Shown: one piece after another, positions 8,763 to 19,900 of the stretch
How the letters are laid out: every line of letters starts with the position of its first letter
Numbering within the stretch: the first letter of the stretch is position 1
DNA from: Limisphaerales bacterium
GTDB taxonomy: Bacteria > Verrucomicrobiota > Verrucomicrobiia > Limisphaerales > SXQI01
Assembly: GCA_044226545.1 (NCBI GenBank)
Contig: JBGAGW010000009.1
Span: forward strand, 24,438 to 88,437
Direction of reading: 5' to 3'
DNA: 64,000 nt
Notes under the pieces: model-generated
Told to the model about the DNA's origin: nothing
The model's database searches: none
What the model saw: only the letters and a program-made list of their open reading frames with translations
Position numbers and translations under genes: made by a program

Positions 8763-10961
8763 TTACTTCAGACTGTTGTAAAGCTGCTCGATTCGATCCA
8801 GATCGATTCCTTTCGGGCGATTTTCGATCAGCCAGCGGAGGTCCTCGCGCGCCTGGGAGCGATCTCCGGATTCGAGCCGTATCGAGGCTCGACGCCAATG
8901 TTCAAGCGCGTCATCGGGCGAGAGGGCGAGAAGAAGATTGAGGTAGGGCAGGGCCCGTTCGGAAGTTCGCGGCGCGACGCCGATCAGGTTCTTGAGCATT
9001 CGGATGACGATTTCTTTCTTTGTCGCAGGCTTAAAATGCTCCTCCAACAGCGGGACTTCGCTATGGTGATTGATCAGGTTGTAGAGGTCGTTCTTCTTGT
9101 AGAGTTTGCCACCATCAAAAACGTCTATGTAGATCGCCTCCGCGTCCCCTTCTAAAAAGCGGACCATGAAATGCCCGGGAAACGCCATTCCTTCGAGTTT
9201 TTCGATGCCAAGCTTTGCGCCCAGTTCGAGGAAAAGAACGGAGAGCGTAATGGGAATACCTTCGTGATCTTCCAGCACACGGTTCATGAAACTGTTGGCG
9301 CGATTATAATAATCGCTGCGACTTCCGTGAAAGCCGCTCTCCTCGAACAGATATTTCCGAAGAAGGTCGAGTTTCTCGCGATGAGTTGAATCGGTAGAAA
9401 AACGATTTCGGAGCCCGCGGGCCATGCTCTTGATTTCCTCCTGATAATCGGCGAGTTCCAGTTCTGGCGATTCGACCCGGGCGATTTGGAACGCGGCAGC
9501 GAAAAGATCGACGTCAGGGTTCTCAAAAATTCGCAGCAGATCGTGCTCGACCGCTTTTTGATTGAGCTCCCGGGCGAATTTCCGCGCGCCGGCGGCTTTT
9601 TCGTCCCATTCACGCGCGATTTCGAGAAGCAATGCGCGGGTGGCCGCGGAATCTTTCAAGAGATCTTCGGGCACCGGGGATTCACTAGCGAGCGATTTGT
9701 CGAGCCGCACACGGAGCGATTTGTCTGCGACACTCGGCGACGGTTCGATTTGCCGACCGATCTGAAAAGAGCGGAATTGCGCAGTCGTATTCCGGAACTT
9801 CGCGAGGCCGACTTTGCCGTGGCGGGCGACGGATTCGTCCGCTTCTGCTACAAGATTGCCATTCACATAGCAGAGAATTTTTTCCGGCTCGACGCGAACT
9901 TTCAGCCGGTTCCATTCGCCGGGACGATAGTGTGGTGTGTCGATCTGCTTCAGAATCGTCCATGTGAAAACGTTCGGTCCTTCAAAGCGAGTGAGGCGAA
10001 GCTGGCGAGCGCTCGGGTAAAATCCGTAGTGCCAATCGCCACCGTCCGAACCGAATACGAGCCCGGCTGCCCCGGATTCGTCTTCGAGGCGGACGTTTAC
10101 CGCAATTTCATACGGCGCGTCGGGAATATCCTTTTGCCAGAGACAAAGTGAGCGGCCACCGAAACCGGCCCCGGCGCCATCGACCGCAATCATTCCGGCC
10201 TTTTGCCGCCAATGGGCACCCATCTGCGGCTTCCACAGATCTTCGTTCAGTGCGCCCAGAGCGAGCCATTTCTCCATCGGCACGGGATTAGGATGTTCAA
10301 GAAGCGTCTTAAGGGAGTTGACTGGGATGGCGAACCCCAGGTTGTCGGTCACAGCGGATTTCATGTTCACGATGCCATGGACGCGTCCGTTCATGTTCAA
10401 CAAAGGCCCGCCGCTATTACCGGGCTCTATTGGGATCGCCAGTTGAAACATCGGTCCATATTCAAATTCGCGAATTGCCGAGACGACCCCTTGCACAATG
10501 CTATGGCTGAGGCCTTGCGGATTGCCAATCACCACCACATTTGCGCCTTGTTTCAAATTATCCGAATCGCCGAGCCGGAGCGTGGGAAGTTCCTTCGCGT
10601 CGATCCGAATCACGGCCAGGTCGAGTTTTCGATCCCACGCGTGAATTTCCGTGACCGTTGCGGTCTTCCCATCGGCGAAAGTGACGCTGAGCGGACGCGC
10701 CTCGCCGATGACATGCATGCAGGTGGCAATCAATCCCTCGCGGTCCACTACGAATCCCGTGCCGATGCCTTCCTGTCCGCCGTCGCGTCCGGTTTGACGA
10801 ATGACCACGATCGCATCGCGAGCTGCGTCCATGATCTGTTGCGCGGTTTTGCTGGTGCTGACAGGAGCGGATTCGTCAGCCGCGCGCGAGACTTGAGCCG
10901 GGGCCAACAAGGAAAGCACGAACCAAAATACCGACGCGCTCGCATGCAGCTTGTGCAGCAT
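8763..10961 (-). CDS. Trypsin-like serine protease fused to a DUF1080-like lectin domain and a SirB1/transglutaminase-like + TPR region
   Basis: GTGFVV, TCMHV, GNSGGPL; WNRLKV..NG; YYNRANSFMNRVL..GIPITLS..FPGHF. Confidence 0.85.
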   Translation of the reverse strand: MLHKLHASASVFWFVLSLLAPAQVSRAADESAPVSTSKTAQQIMDAARDAIVVIRQTGRDGGQEGIGTGFVVDREGLIATCMHVIGEARPLSVTFADGKTATVTEIHAWDRKLDLAVIRIDAKELPTLRLGDSDNLKQGANVVVIGNPQGLSHSIVQGVVSAIREFEYGPMFQLAIPIEPGNSGGPLLNMNGRVHGIVNMKSAVTDNLGFAIPVNSLKTLLEHPNPVPMEKWLALGALNEDLWKPQMGAHWRQKAGMIAVDGAGAGFGGRSLCLWQKDIPDAPYEIAVNVRLEDESGAAGLVFGSDGGDWHYGFYPSARQLRLTRFEGPNVFTWTILKQIDTPHYRPGEWNRLKVRVEPEKILCYVNGNLVAEADESVARHGKVGLAKFRNTTAQFRSFQIGRQIEPSPSVADKSLRVRLDKSLASESPVPEDLLKDSAATRALLLEIAREWDEKAAGARKFARELNQKAVEHDLLRIFENPDVDLFAAAFQIARVESPELELADYQEEIKSMARGLRNRFSTDSTHREKLDLLRKYLFEESGFHGSRSDYYNRANSFMNRVLEDHEGIPITLSVLFLELGAKLGIEKLEGMAFPGHFMVRFLEGDAEAIYIDVFDGGKLYKKNDLYNLINHHSEVPLLEEHFKPATKKEIVIRMLKNLIGVAPRTSERALPYLNLLLALSPDDALEHWRRASIRLESGDRSQAREDLRWLIENRPKGIDLDRIEQLYNSLK

Positions 10962-11026
10962 AGATTAGTACGCTGCCATAGCGTGGAAGGTTTGCCAATA
11001 AAATGCCCGCTGAATAGATTTCGTGC

Positions 11027-11851
11027 ATGTCTAGAACGTCATTTTTTGTTCTGGTCGTCATGGTCGCCGTTGTGGGTGCTTTCGCTTTCTTTGAACACGC
11101 CTCCGCGCAACGCCTGGCTGCTGAGTTGAGCGCGGGCAAAAGCGAACTAGCGCAGGAGCGAGCGGCGGCTGCCGAATTGCGCGAGCAGGTGGGACGCCTC
11201 GAACAAGACCGCGAAAAACTGCGCAAGGATGCCTCCGAGGTCCATCGCTTGCGTAGTGAAATCTCGACCTTGCGAGATGCGAACAAATCGCTGGAGCAAA
11301 AGGCTGCGCGCGCCGTTTTGACGGTGCAGGCTTCTGCGTCGCCTGCGGCTACCGAACCTCAGGCTTTCGCTCCGCCCGTATTCTCAAGCTACTCGGATAT
11401 GGGCAAGTTTGTCGCCGGTTTGCGCACAAAAGCTCGTGCGGGTTCTCTTTCTCCCGCGGAACAACAGTACTTGGATAGCCTCAAGCCGGAGATGGAAAAG
11501 TTGGAACGGTCGCCGGCGGATTTCGCCGCTTTGCAGACGGAGTTGATTCAAGCCGCGACTGGGATTTCAGAGACGGAGAAGATCGACAAGATTCGGCAAC
11601 TGATCCAACGCGTCTACGAGAACGCCGTTTCACGCGGTCTGGATATGCCCTCGCGTCCATTGGACGACCAAGCCTGGGTGGAGGAACGCTATAACCTGGA
11701 CAAGCGCGGCACGAAAGCGGTCGAGGGTTTTATGAGCGAAGAAGAACGCGCGGCTTTCGGCAAAAATTTCGTGGGTATCATCGGGGTCGATCTCGGCCTT
11801 GGAGCGGACAAAGCCGGCCAGCCGCGGACTTCTCCCGGGAATTCCAAATAG
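11027..11851 (+). CDS. Membrane-anchored coiled-coil hypothetical protein
   Basis: N-terminal TM followed by a heptad-rich region; promoter directly upstream. Confidence 0.75.
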   Translation: MSRTSFFVLVVMVAVVGAFAFFEHASAQRLAAELSAGKSELAQERAAAAELREQVGRLEQDREKLRKDASEVHRLRSEISTLRDANKSLEQKAARAVLTVQASASPAATEPQAFAPPVFSSYSDMGKFVAGLRTKARAGSLSPAEQQYLDSLKPEMEKLERSPADFAALQTELIQAATGISETEKIDKIRQLIQRVYENAVSRGLDMPSRPLDDQAWVEERYNLDKRGTKAVEGFMSEEERAAFGKNFVGIIGVDLGLGADKAGQPRTSPGNSK

Positions 11852-11882
11852 ATGATGGTCGGAGAAATCGCGTCTCATCTAT

Positions 11883-13535
11883 TTGCAACAAATCTCCCGG
11901 CGAAAGGGTATCAACATTCGTAATATCAGGATGCGGATGCGAACCAGGCTGTTTTGTGAAGCGGGCAGGGCGGTGCTCTGTTCTGTTCTTTTACTCTCCG
12001 GGCTTATTAAGGCACATGGTAAGGAGATCGCCGGGGAGGATCTCTTCCGAGATAATTTGATTCCAAACGTTCACTTGATCATCCCGTCGGAAGCGCTTTC
12101 GACTTTAAGCCAGCAAAACCAACCACACCGCCGCGGACCATACGTGAAGTGCACGGTTCGCGAGGGCGGAAAAACCTATACGAACGTCGCCGTTCGACTC
12201 AAGGGCGGCCCGGGAAGCTTTCGGCAGATTCAGGATAAGCCCGCATTCACCCTCAACTTCGAAAAATTTGCACCGGGCCAGCGTTTTCATGGTTTGAAGA
12301 AGATTCACCTGAACAATTCCGTCCAAGACCGGACTTATCAGCATGAACGGATCGCTCGGGAGCTATTCGACGCTACGGGAGTTCCGGTGCCCCGCGCGGG
12401 AAATGCCTGGGTGAATCTCAATGATCGGGAGTTGGGGATGTACGTCGTGCTGGAAGGCGTGAACAAGCAATTTCTAAAACGCTATTTCAAGGACGTGAGC
12501 GGAAATGTTTACGATGGCCACTCCGGTACTGACGTGGCGCAGCGCCTCCCTATTAATTCAGGTGACAAGCGAGAGTGGGACCGCCTCCATGATTTGGCGG
12601 ACGCAGCTCGTGAGCCCGATCTGGAAAAGCGTTACGCCGCGTTGCGAGAGACGCTCGACCTGGAGCGTTTCTATTCGTTCGTGGCGGCGGAACTGATTTT
12701 GGGTCATTGGGACGGCTACACGATAGGGCGAAATAACTGGCGCATTTATCACGATAAAGATTCCAACCGAATGGTTTTTATCCCGCACGGTGTGGACCAG
12801 GTTCTCGGCCGACGCTATCCGATCTTCCCTCCGCAATCTCAGGCGCTGGTTGTGCGTTCTGTTTTGGAGATTCCCGAGGCTCGCAAGCGCTATCGCGAGC
12901 GCTATGCGGAAATCGCAACAAACATTTTTAATGTCGATACGATGGTCACTCGCGCGCAGCAAGTGGGCGTTAAAATCCAAGCCGCTCTGGAGCAGCACAA
13001 GTCCAACGATCGATACAGCGCGGCGGGAGTCTGTGCGCAGATCCAAAAGACCGGTTCCTACGCGCAAAGCCTAATCCGTCCGGCAGTACCCCTTCGCTTC
13101 GATACGGATAGGCCAATCGTCCTTACGAACTGGGTTGCCCAGGCGCCGTACTCAGGCAAAGCCGAACAGAATGTTGTCAAAGACTCAGATGGCAGAGCAC
13201 TTCTGCATATTGCTGCGCAGGGTCGGTGTAGCGCTACGTGGCGGGCAACGTGTGAGTTGCCTCCCGGGCAATATCGGTTTGAGGCAAGTATAAAAACGAA
13301 AGGCATCGTTTACGCTGCCCAGGATGCAAAAGATGGGGCTGGTCTGCGCATATCGGGCTACAAAAAAGGCCAAAAAAACCCTGGAGATCGAGATTGGACG
13401 CCGGTCCATTTTGATTTCCAGGTCGAGGAAGGCTTGGAGGAGCCGGTCGAGTTGATCTGCGAGTTGCGCGCGAACGAAGGCGAAATCTGGTATGACGTCG
13501 CTTCGCTCAAACTCACTCGGCGTAACGCTGAGTAG
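11883..13535 (+). CDS. CotH kinase family protein with C-terminal carbohydrate-binding-like domain
   Basis: VRLKGG, KIHLNN, HWDGY..NNWRIY, FIPHGVD; real start probably a later Met (~11931). Confidence 0.88.
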   Translation: MQQISRRKGINIRNIRMRMRTRLFCEAGRAVLCSVLLLSGLIKAHGKEIAGEDLFRDNLIPNVHLIIPSEALSTLSQQNQPHRRGPYVKCTVREGGKTYTNVAVRLKGGPGSFRQIQDKPAFTLNFEKFAPGQRFHGLKKIHLNNSVQDRTYQHERIARELFDATGVPVPRAGNAWVNLNDRELGMYVVLEGVNKQFLKRYFKDVSGNVYDGHSGTDVAQRLPINSGDKREWDRLHDLADAAREPDLEKRYAALRETLDLERFYSFVAAELILGHWDGYTIGRNNWRIYHDKDSNRMVFIPHGVDQVLGRRYPIFPPQSQALVVRSVLEIPEARKRYRERYAEIATNIFNVDTMVTRAQQVGVKIQAALEQHKSNDRYSAAGVCAQIQKTGSYAQSLIRPAVPLRFDTDRPIVLTNWVAQAPYSGKAEQNVVKDSDGRALLHIAAQGRCSATWRATCELPPGQYRFEASIKTKGIVYAAQDAKDGAGLRISGYKKGQKNPGDRDWTPVHFDFQVEEGLEEPVELICELRANEGEIWYDVASLKLTRRNAE

Positions 13536-13543
13536 TTCCAGGG

Positions 13544-13559
13544 CTGTCAATTCTGACAG
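13544..13559. promoter_or_regulatory. Palindromic TF-box CTGTCA-ATTC-TGACAG
   Basis: Perfect 6-4-6 dyad upstream of the DUF3300 gene; near-copies at 16086 and 47270. Confidence 0.55.
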
Positions 13560-13644
13560 TTTCGATCCCTGGGTTGCGTCTGTTGTAGTCGCAGGACGAA
13601 GCGGAGGGAGGCATTAACTCATTGCCCCTCCCGGAAAGCACGGA

Positions 13645-15081
13645 ATGAATAACCAGCGTGGCCCGTCCAAACATCGCATCTCCTTTTATTTAGTCGCGAT
13701 TCTTTTCCTCCTGACACTCCTGTCGGCCTCGGCGCAAACAGCAACAAACGCGCCCGCGGGCGATCCTGTGCCGCCTCCTTCGGCGCCACCGAAATTGAGC
13801 TCGGCGGAACTGGAAAAACTCCTGATGCCGATTGCACTTTATCCGGACCCGCTGCTGGCCACGCTGCTGCCGGCATCTGTGTATCCGCTGGAAATCGTGA
13901 AAGCCGCGCGGTTTATCGCTGATACGAATAATGTTTCGAAGATCGACAACCAGGACTGGGATCCAGCGGTGAAAGAGATCGCGAAAATTCCCGATGCTCT
14001 GAAAAAAATGAACGAGGACCTGAACTGGACGATTCAGCTCGGTGAGGCGTTCGTAAACCAGGACAAGGACGTGATGGACACGATCCAGGCATTGCGGTCC
14101 AAGGCGCAAAAAGCGGGGACCCTGCAAACTTCGCCACAACAAACAGTGGTTGTAACCAATATGGTCGTTGAAACGACGGTGGAGGAGAGGGTGGTGGTCG
14201 TGACGAACACCGTAGTGCAAATTCAGCCTTCGAATCCACAAACTGTGTACGTGCCGACCTATCCACCGACGGTTTATTATCCTCCACCTTCGTATGTTTA
14301 TGATCCGTACGCTCCGTTAATCACCTTCGGTGTTGGCATGGCCATGGGGGCGATTATTGCCAACAATAGTTGTGGCTGGGGTCACGGTGGTTGCTACTGG
14401 GGTGGCGGGGGCAACGACATTAATATCGAGCGCAACACCACCATCAATCAAGGAGATCGAACGATTAACAACTCCAATCGGCAAAATGCCCAAAGTAAAA
14501 AATGGCAGCCGGATTCAAACCGAGTGCGGTCAAGCGGTTCGCCCAATACCGCCAAGGCAATGGAATCTCGTGGGTGGGGTAGTCAGGGTACGGGCAGTCG
14601 AGCTGGTTCAACGCAAGCCGGCGGACGCGGGCAGGGCCTGTCAGCTTCTCAGCGTCCGGCGAGTGGAGCAGGGGCTGGAAGCGGGGCGCGTCCTGCAGCC
14701 AGTCCGTCCGTCGGCAATCGCGCTGCGGGAGGTGCGGGTGCTGGAGGCGCCGGAGCTGGGAACAGGGCTTCCAGTCCATCTTTGAGCGGGGGAAGCCGTC
14801 CTGCAGCCAGTCCTTCCCTTGGCGGGGGCGGCGCGAGCGCGGGCAACAGAGCATCCAGTCCATCAGTCAGTGGCGGTGGCGCTGGAGGCGGCAGAGCGGC
14901 GAGTCCCTCCGTTTCCTCGAGTGGCGGCGGGCGTTCATCTGCCTTTAGCGGTGGCGGAGCTTCGCAACAATCCTTCAGCCAACGTGGATCGGCCAGTCGA
15001 GGCGGTGGAGGTTTTAGCGGAGGCGGGGGTGGGGGAGGTCGCGGAGGCGGCGGACGGGGCGGTGGAGGAGGGCGCCGATGA
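13645..15081 (+). CDS. DUF3300 domain protein with Gly/Ser/Arg-rich tail
   Basis: PIALYPDPLLA, WDPAVK, VMDTIQALR, VYVPTY; GGGRGGG tail. Confidence 0.92.
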   Translation: MNNQRGPSKHRISFYLVAILFLLTLLSASAQTATNAPAGDPVPPPSAPPKLSSAELEKLLMPIALYPDPLLATLLPASVYPLEIVKAARFIADTNNVSKIDNQDWDPAVKEIAKIPDALKKMNEDLNWTIQLGEAFVNQDKDVMDTIQALRSKAQKAGTLQTSPQQTVVVTNMVVETTVEERVVVVTNTVVQIQPSNPQTVYVPTYPPTVYYPPPSYVYDPYAPLITFGVGMAMGAIIANNSCGWGHGGCYWGGGGNDINIERNTTINQGDRTINNSNRQNAQSKKWQPDSNRVRSSGSPNTAKAMESRGWGSQGTGSRAGSTQAGGRGQGLSASQRPASGAGAGSGARPAASPSVGNRAAGGAGAGGAGAGNRASSPSLSGGSRPAASPSLGGGGASAGNRASSPSVSGGGAGGGRAASPSVSSSGGGRSSAFSGGGASQQSFSQRGSASRGGGGFSGGGGGGGRGGGGRGGGGGRR

Positions 15082-16022
15082 AAAGCAGAACCTTCATCAA
15101 ATTGAGGATTATGAAATCATTAGCTTTTTCCCTTCTCGCAATCTGTGCGTTTGGCTTGTCGGGTTTCGCCGACACGAAATTTGGTGGTCAACCTTTTGGC
15201 GACCCGCAACAGGCTTTGACTGCGTTGCGCGACGCCGTGGCGGCAAAGGATAAAGACCGTTTGAAAACGATCTTCGGGCCGGACCTGGAGGATCTAGTTA
15301 ACCCTGACCCGGTCGAGGCCGTCACGGAGTTTGAGTTCGTGGCCAAATCGCTTGCGGAATACAGCAAGTTTATCGAAGGCGGCCAAGATCGAATGATCCT
15401 CGAATATGGCAACGATAAAACCGAGTTCCCGGTTCCATTGGTGAAGAGCGGTCGCCAGTGGTACTTCGATACGGTCGCGGGAAAAGAAGAGCTGGACAAT
15501 CGTCGTATCGGACGAAACGAACTCGAAGCTTTGGATACGATCCGCACGTACGTTGTGGCTCAGCGTGAGTATGCCTCCCTGGATCGCGACGGCGACGAGG
15601 TGCTCGAATACGCGCAAAAATTTGCCAGCTCTCCGGGGCAAAAAGATGGCCTTTACTGGCCGCTCGACCTTGACGGGACGATGAGCCCGCTCGGTCCCTT
15701 TGTCGCCGAAGCGTCCGCCGCGGGTTATCGAAAAACGAAGGAGGAACGCCAGCCATTTCATGGTTACTATTTCAAGATTCTGACCCGGCAGGGGAAAAAC
15801 GCTCCGGGCGGCGCTTATGATTACGTCATTAATGGTAATATGATCGGCGGATTCGCTCTGGTTGCCTGGCCTGCTCAGTATGATGAGACCGGAGTGATGA
15901 CCTTCATCATCAACCAACAGGGGAAGGTCTATCAGAAGGACCTGGGCGCCAACTCAGCCAAAGCTGCGGAGGCAATGACTGTCTACGATCCCGACAGCAC
16001 CTGGGTCGTGTCGAAAGATTAA
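15078..16022 (+). CDS. DUF2950 family protein
   Basis: RRIGRNEL, DGLYWP, PFHGYYFKIL, GGFALVAWPA.Y..TGVMTF; usual DUF3300 partner, ATGA overlap. Confidence 0.93.
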   Translation: MKSRTFIKLRIMKSLAFSLLAICAFGLSGFADTKFGGQPFGDPQQALTALRDAVAAKDKDRLKTIFGPDLEDLVNPDPVEAVTEFEFVAKSLAEYSKFIEGGQDRMILEYGNDKTEFPVPLVKSGRQWYFDTVAGKEELDNRRIGRNELEALDTIRTYVVAQREYASLDRDGDEVLEYAQKFASSPGQKDGLYWPLDLDGTMSPLGPFVAEASAAGYRKTKEERQPFHGYYFKILTRQGKNAPGGAYDYVINGNMIGGFALVAWPAQYDETGVMTFIINQQGKVYQKDLGANSAKAAEAMTVYDPDSTWVVSKD

Positions 16023-16194
16023 TTCAAATCAATGCTCGAACCACGAGGACAGCCCATCATGCGGCTGTCCTTTCCAGTTTCGGGCCTGTCAATACTGCCA
16101 GTAGCTAGACGCGCCGCTCGCCGGTATGAAAGCAATGAACTCAGGTTTCGAGCAAGCCAACCTGAATGTAACGCGAATACAAAGAGGACCGTTT

Positions 16195-16902
16195 ATGAAG
16201 ATTCCGAGATATACGTTTCTACGAGTTTGTCTGGCTACGTTGTTGGCTGGCACTCTCACCATCCCAACTCTGGCCGCTTCGAAAAATAAACTCGATGCCC
16301 GGGTGCGGGACCTGACCGATTACTTCGATTCCGTGCAAAAGGATGTCGAAAAAGCTGTTCCCGCCGAAGTTTTGGCCAAAGCAGAAGGTCTCATTATCAT
16401 GCGCAACTACAAAGCAGGGTTCATTATCGGAGTTGCCGGCGGGCACGGCATCGCCGTGGTCAAAGATAAAGCGACCGGCAAATGGGGACCGATTGGCTTT
16501 GTAAAAGCGGGCGAGGGGAGTTTCGGTTTCCAGGCTGGCGCCCAACGCAACGATATGATTCTCGTTCTCATGAACAGCGACGGCGTGAAAGTTCTCACCG
16601 ACCCAAATCTCAAGATTGGAGTCGATGTGCGTGCAACGGTCGGACCGAAGAGCGGCGGTGATCAGGCAAACTTCAAGACCGACACAACGCCGGTTCTAAT
16701 TTATGGCGATACGCGGGGGCTCTATGGCGGTGCCTCGATCGAAACGGGCGGGATTTTCCCAGATAAGGGCGATAACGAGGAATACTACGGAAAAGAGCTC
16801 ACTGTTCCTCAAATTCTGACGGGAGGTGCAGTGGAACCTACTGACGCGGCCAAAAAACTTGGCGAGAAGATCGAGCAATACGCGAAGTCCGCGTCGAAAT
16901 AA
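16195..16902 (+). CDS. Lipid-binding SYLF (Ysc84-like) domain protein
   Basis: KAGFIIG..GG.G, SFGFQAG, RGLYGGAS..G, N..YYG; signal peptide; AGAGGA RBS. Confidence 0.88.
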   Translation: MKIPRYTFLRVCLATLLAGTLTIPTLAASKNKLDARVRDLTDYFDSVQKDVEKAVPAEVLAKAEGLIIMRNYKAGFIIGVAGGHGIAVVKDKATGKWGPIGFVKAGEGSFGFQAGAQRNDMILVLMNSDGVKVLTDPNLKIGVDVRATVGPKSGGDQANFKTDTTPVLIYGDTRGLYGGASIETGGIFPDKGDNEEYYGKELTVPQILTGGAVEPTDAAKKLGEKIEQYAKSASK

Positions 16903-16927
16903 TTCAATTTTCAATTACGTGTGGAAG

Positions 16928-16960
16928 ACGGGCGATTTCTCTTTCGCCCGTTTTTCATTT
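16928..16960 (+). terminator. Rho-independent terminator
   Basis: ACGGGCGA/TCGCCCGT stem followed by a T-rich tail. Confidence 0.65.
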
Positions 16961-16994
16961 TCGAAACTCGCAGAGAGTGCAATCCTCGCGCTTT

Positions 16995-19900
16995 ATGAGT
17001 GCAATTAGCGGGTGTCCGTCATGGGCAGGGCTGCTGCTTTTTGCTGTGATGCTTTCGTTTGGGCATCCGTATGCCTCAGAGCGCGCCTCTCTGCAAACCG
17101 AATGGCTGACGCGTACCTGGGAAGCCGAAGATGGTTTGCCGGAAAACTCGGCCACAGCCATGGCTCAAACGAAGGATGGTTACCTTTGGTTTGGCACATT
17201 CAACGGACTGGTGCGTTTTGACGGCACGAAATTCAAAGTTTTTAACCCGCAAAATTCTCCCGGCCTGCCCAGTGGCGGTATCGTGAACCTACACCTGGAT
17301 CGCGGCGGGCGCCTCTGGGTCAGCACACTGGAAGGCATCGTCGTCCAGGAAGGGAACAAATGGCGGAATTGGGGAACTAAGGAGCAACTCGTCCGCACAT
17401 TCACCGAGCGGCCGAATGGTGATCTCTTACTCACCATGTTCGACGGTGCCGTGTTCGAGTTTCGCGATGGAAAATTTGAACGTCTGCCCGACCCGCCCGG
17501 AGAGAAGAAGTTCGGATACTTCGGTTCCGTGGACGACAAGGGCATCTGGTGGGTCGTTCAGCATGGTTTCGTCGGTCACTGGAGTGGCAGCAACTGGATC
17601 CGCAGAATATCGATCCCGAAGATGGCCTCCTCAGAAACCGGATGCGCCCAGGCACGAGATGGCGGTCTCTGGCTGTTGCTGGGAAAGGAACTGCGCAAGT
17701 ACAAAGATGGCGCTGAGGTTGCGCGGTTTGCTGTGCCCGAGGTGGCCGGCAGCATCTGGACCCTCTTTGAGGATCGCTCCGGCACAATCTGGATTTCCAC
17801 CGCGGACAACGGTTTGTTTCAGGTCAGCCCCGGGGCGCCCGTTCGGAACTGGACGATTACCAGCGGACTGCCAGCGCAAGGTGTTCGTTTCGTTTACGAG
17901 GATCGAGAGAGCAATCTGTGGGTCGGAACGAGTGGCGGCGGATTGACCCGCCTCCGCCCGAAGTACTTTCGGAGCTTTGGTCGCGATTCCGGCTTGAGCG
18001 AACTCGTAATTCACTCGGTTTCCGCAGCACGGGGGGGAGGAGCGTGGATCGGAAGTTATGGGAAAGGTCTGTTTCGCCTGCGCGACGGGGAGATTCGAAA
18101 TACTCCGATTGTCGGAGCAAGACCGGCATCATCCTTTGTTCAAAGTGTTCTTGAGGACAGGTCCGGCCGCTTGTGGGTCGGTACCTTCGGTGGAGGCCTT
18201 TATCGATTGAATCATGATAAGACCGATGTATTTGAGAGCGATGTAACGGCTGGTTCCAACGTCATCGCGCTCTACGAAAGCCCGCGCGGCCCCATCTGGG
18301 TTTCGGGTGGAAGCGGCGTAGCGCGGTTTGACGGGGATAAATTCATCGCCTTCACTGAGCGCGAGAACGCGCCGCGAAACATTCGTTGTTTCGTTGAGGA
18401 TCGTAAAGGCTCCGTCTGGATGTCGAACGGGGAAGAGGTGTTTCGTTTTGATGAAGGTACTTTCCGGAAGGTGCAGGAGAATGAGACGGCTATCCGGGGG
18501 GTTAGTTGCCTTAAGGAGGGATCCGAGGGCACGATATGGCTGGGCTCACTGGACCGGGGACTGCTCGCCTGGCGCGAGGGCGCACTGCCGGCCCTGGCCA
18601 CTGTCAATGTGCGAGATGGATTTCCGCTTCAAAATGTTTTCGGCATCGAAGCGGATCAGCAAGGCTGCTTTTGGATCACATCCAACCGCGGAATTGTGCG
18701 TGTGTTGGAGAGCCAGTTGCTGGCCGTCCTTTCCGGCAAAAAATCACCTGTTGAGTGCCAGTTCTTTGACCTGACGGATGGACTGCCTACCATCCAGTGC
18801 GCGAGCGGTTTCCAGCCCGTTGTTTCTGCTGGCCAGAAAGGCGATATTTGGATCGCTACGGTCAAGGGGATAACAGGAATTGACTCTGCCAGCTATCATC
18901 CTAAGGGCCGGGCGCCACAAACACGAATTCAGGAACTGGGGTATTCCACGAAAGATCAGGCAAGCTCACGTCCGGGCGCAGTTCGCGTCCTTGAACCTTT
19001 CGACACGCCAGTGCGTATTCCGGCAGGCAGCCACGGTTTGGAATTTCGCTACTCCGCGCTGAACTTTTCTGCGCCCGAGAAAGTCCGCTACCAGGTTAAG
19101 CTCGGCTCAGTTTCCAACATGGGCGAATGGGAGGATGCCGAAAATCGAACCGAGATGATCTACCAAAGCCTTGTGCCTGGTGATTACACCTTCTCCGTGC
19201 GCGCATGGACCGGCGACGGCATCACCGACGAAACCGAGGCGACTCTGGCGTTCACCGTTCTTCCCTTTTTCTGGGAAACCAGCGGATTTCGCATGGTTGC
19301 CGCAACAATGTTAGTTGCGTTGGGCTGGTTGGGCGCGCGGTATAGAATACGCTCGGCCGAAACACTTCAGCAAACTGAAAAGCGAATGGCCCTCGCGGCG
19401 GATTTGGCACACCTCGGGATGTGGCAATGGGAAATTCCCCAGGATCGCGTTTGGCTCACGCGGACGACTCGGGAAACCTTTCAGTTTCCCCTCGATACGG
19501 TTGGAGCGCAGGCGTTCCTCGAAAGGATTCGTTCGCTGGACCGGGAGAGAGTGAACGACGCATTCGAGCACGCAATGTCCTTTGGCGCCTCACACTTAAC
19601 CTTTAGACTGCGTCCACCGGACGGTCCAACTCGTTGGATCACCGCGAGTGTCCTCGTGGATTTTGACCGCCACCAAAAACCGATCCGGATGATCGGCGTA
19701 TGCATGGATGTGACGGAACGCCGCAATGCGGAGGAATCCGCGCGCGAATTGAGCGGCCGCCTGATCCATGCGCAGGAAGACGAACGCCGCCGAATTGCCC
19801 GCGAGTTGCACGACGATTTGAACCAGCGCCTGGCTGTCCTGTCGGTCGAGATTGCTCTTCTCCGGCAGGCGAACGACGCGGCTGAGAAGCGAGAGCAGCG

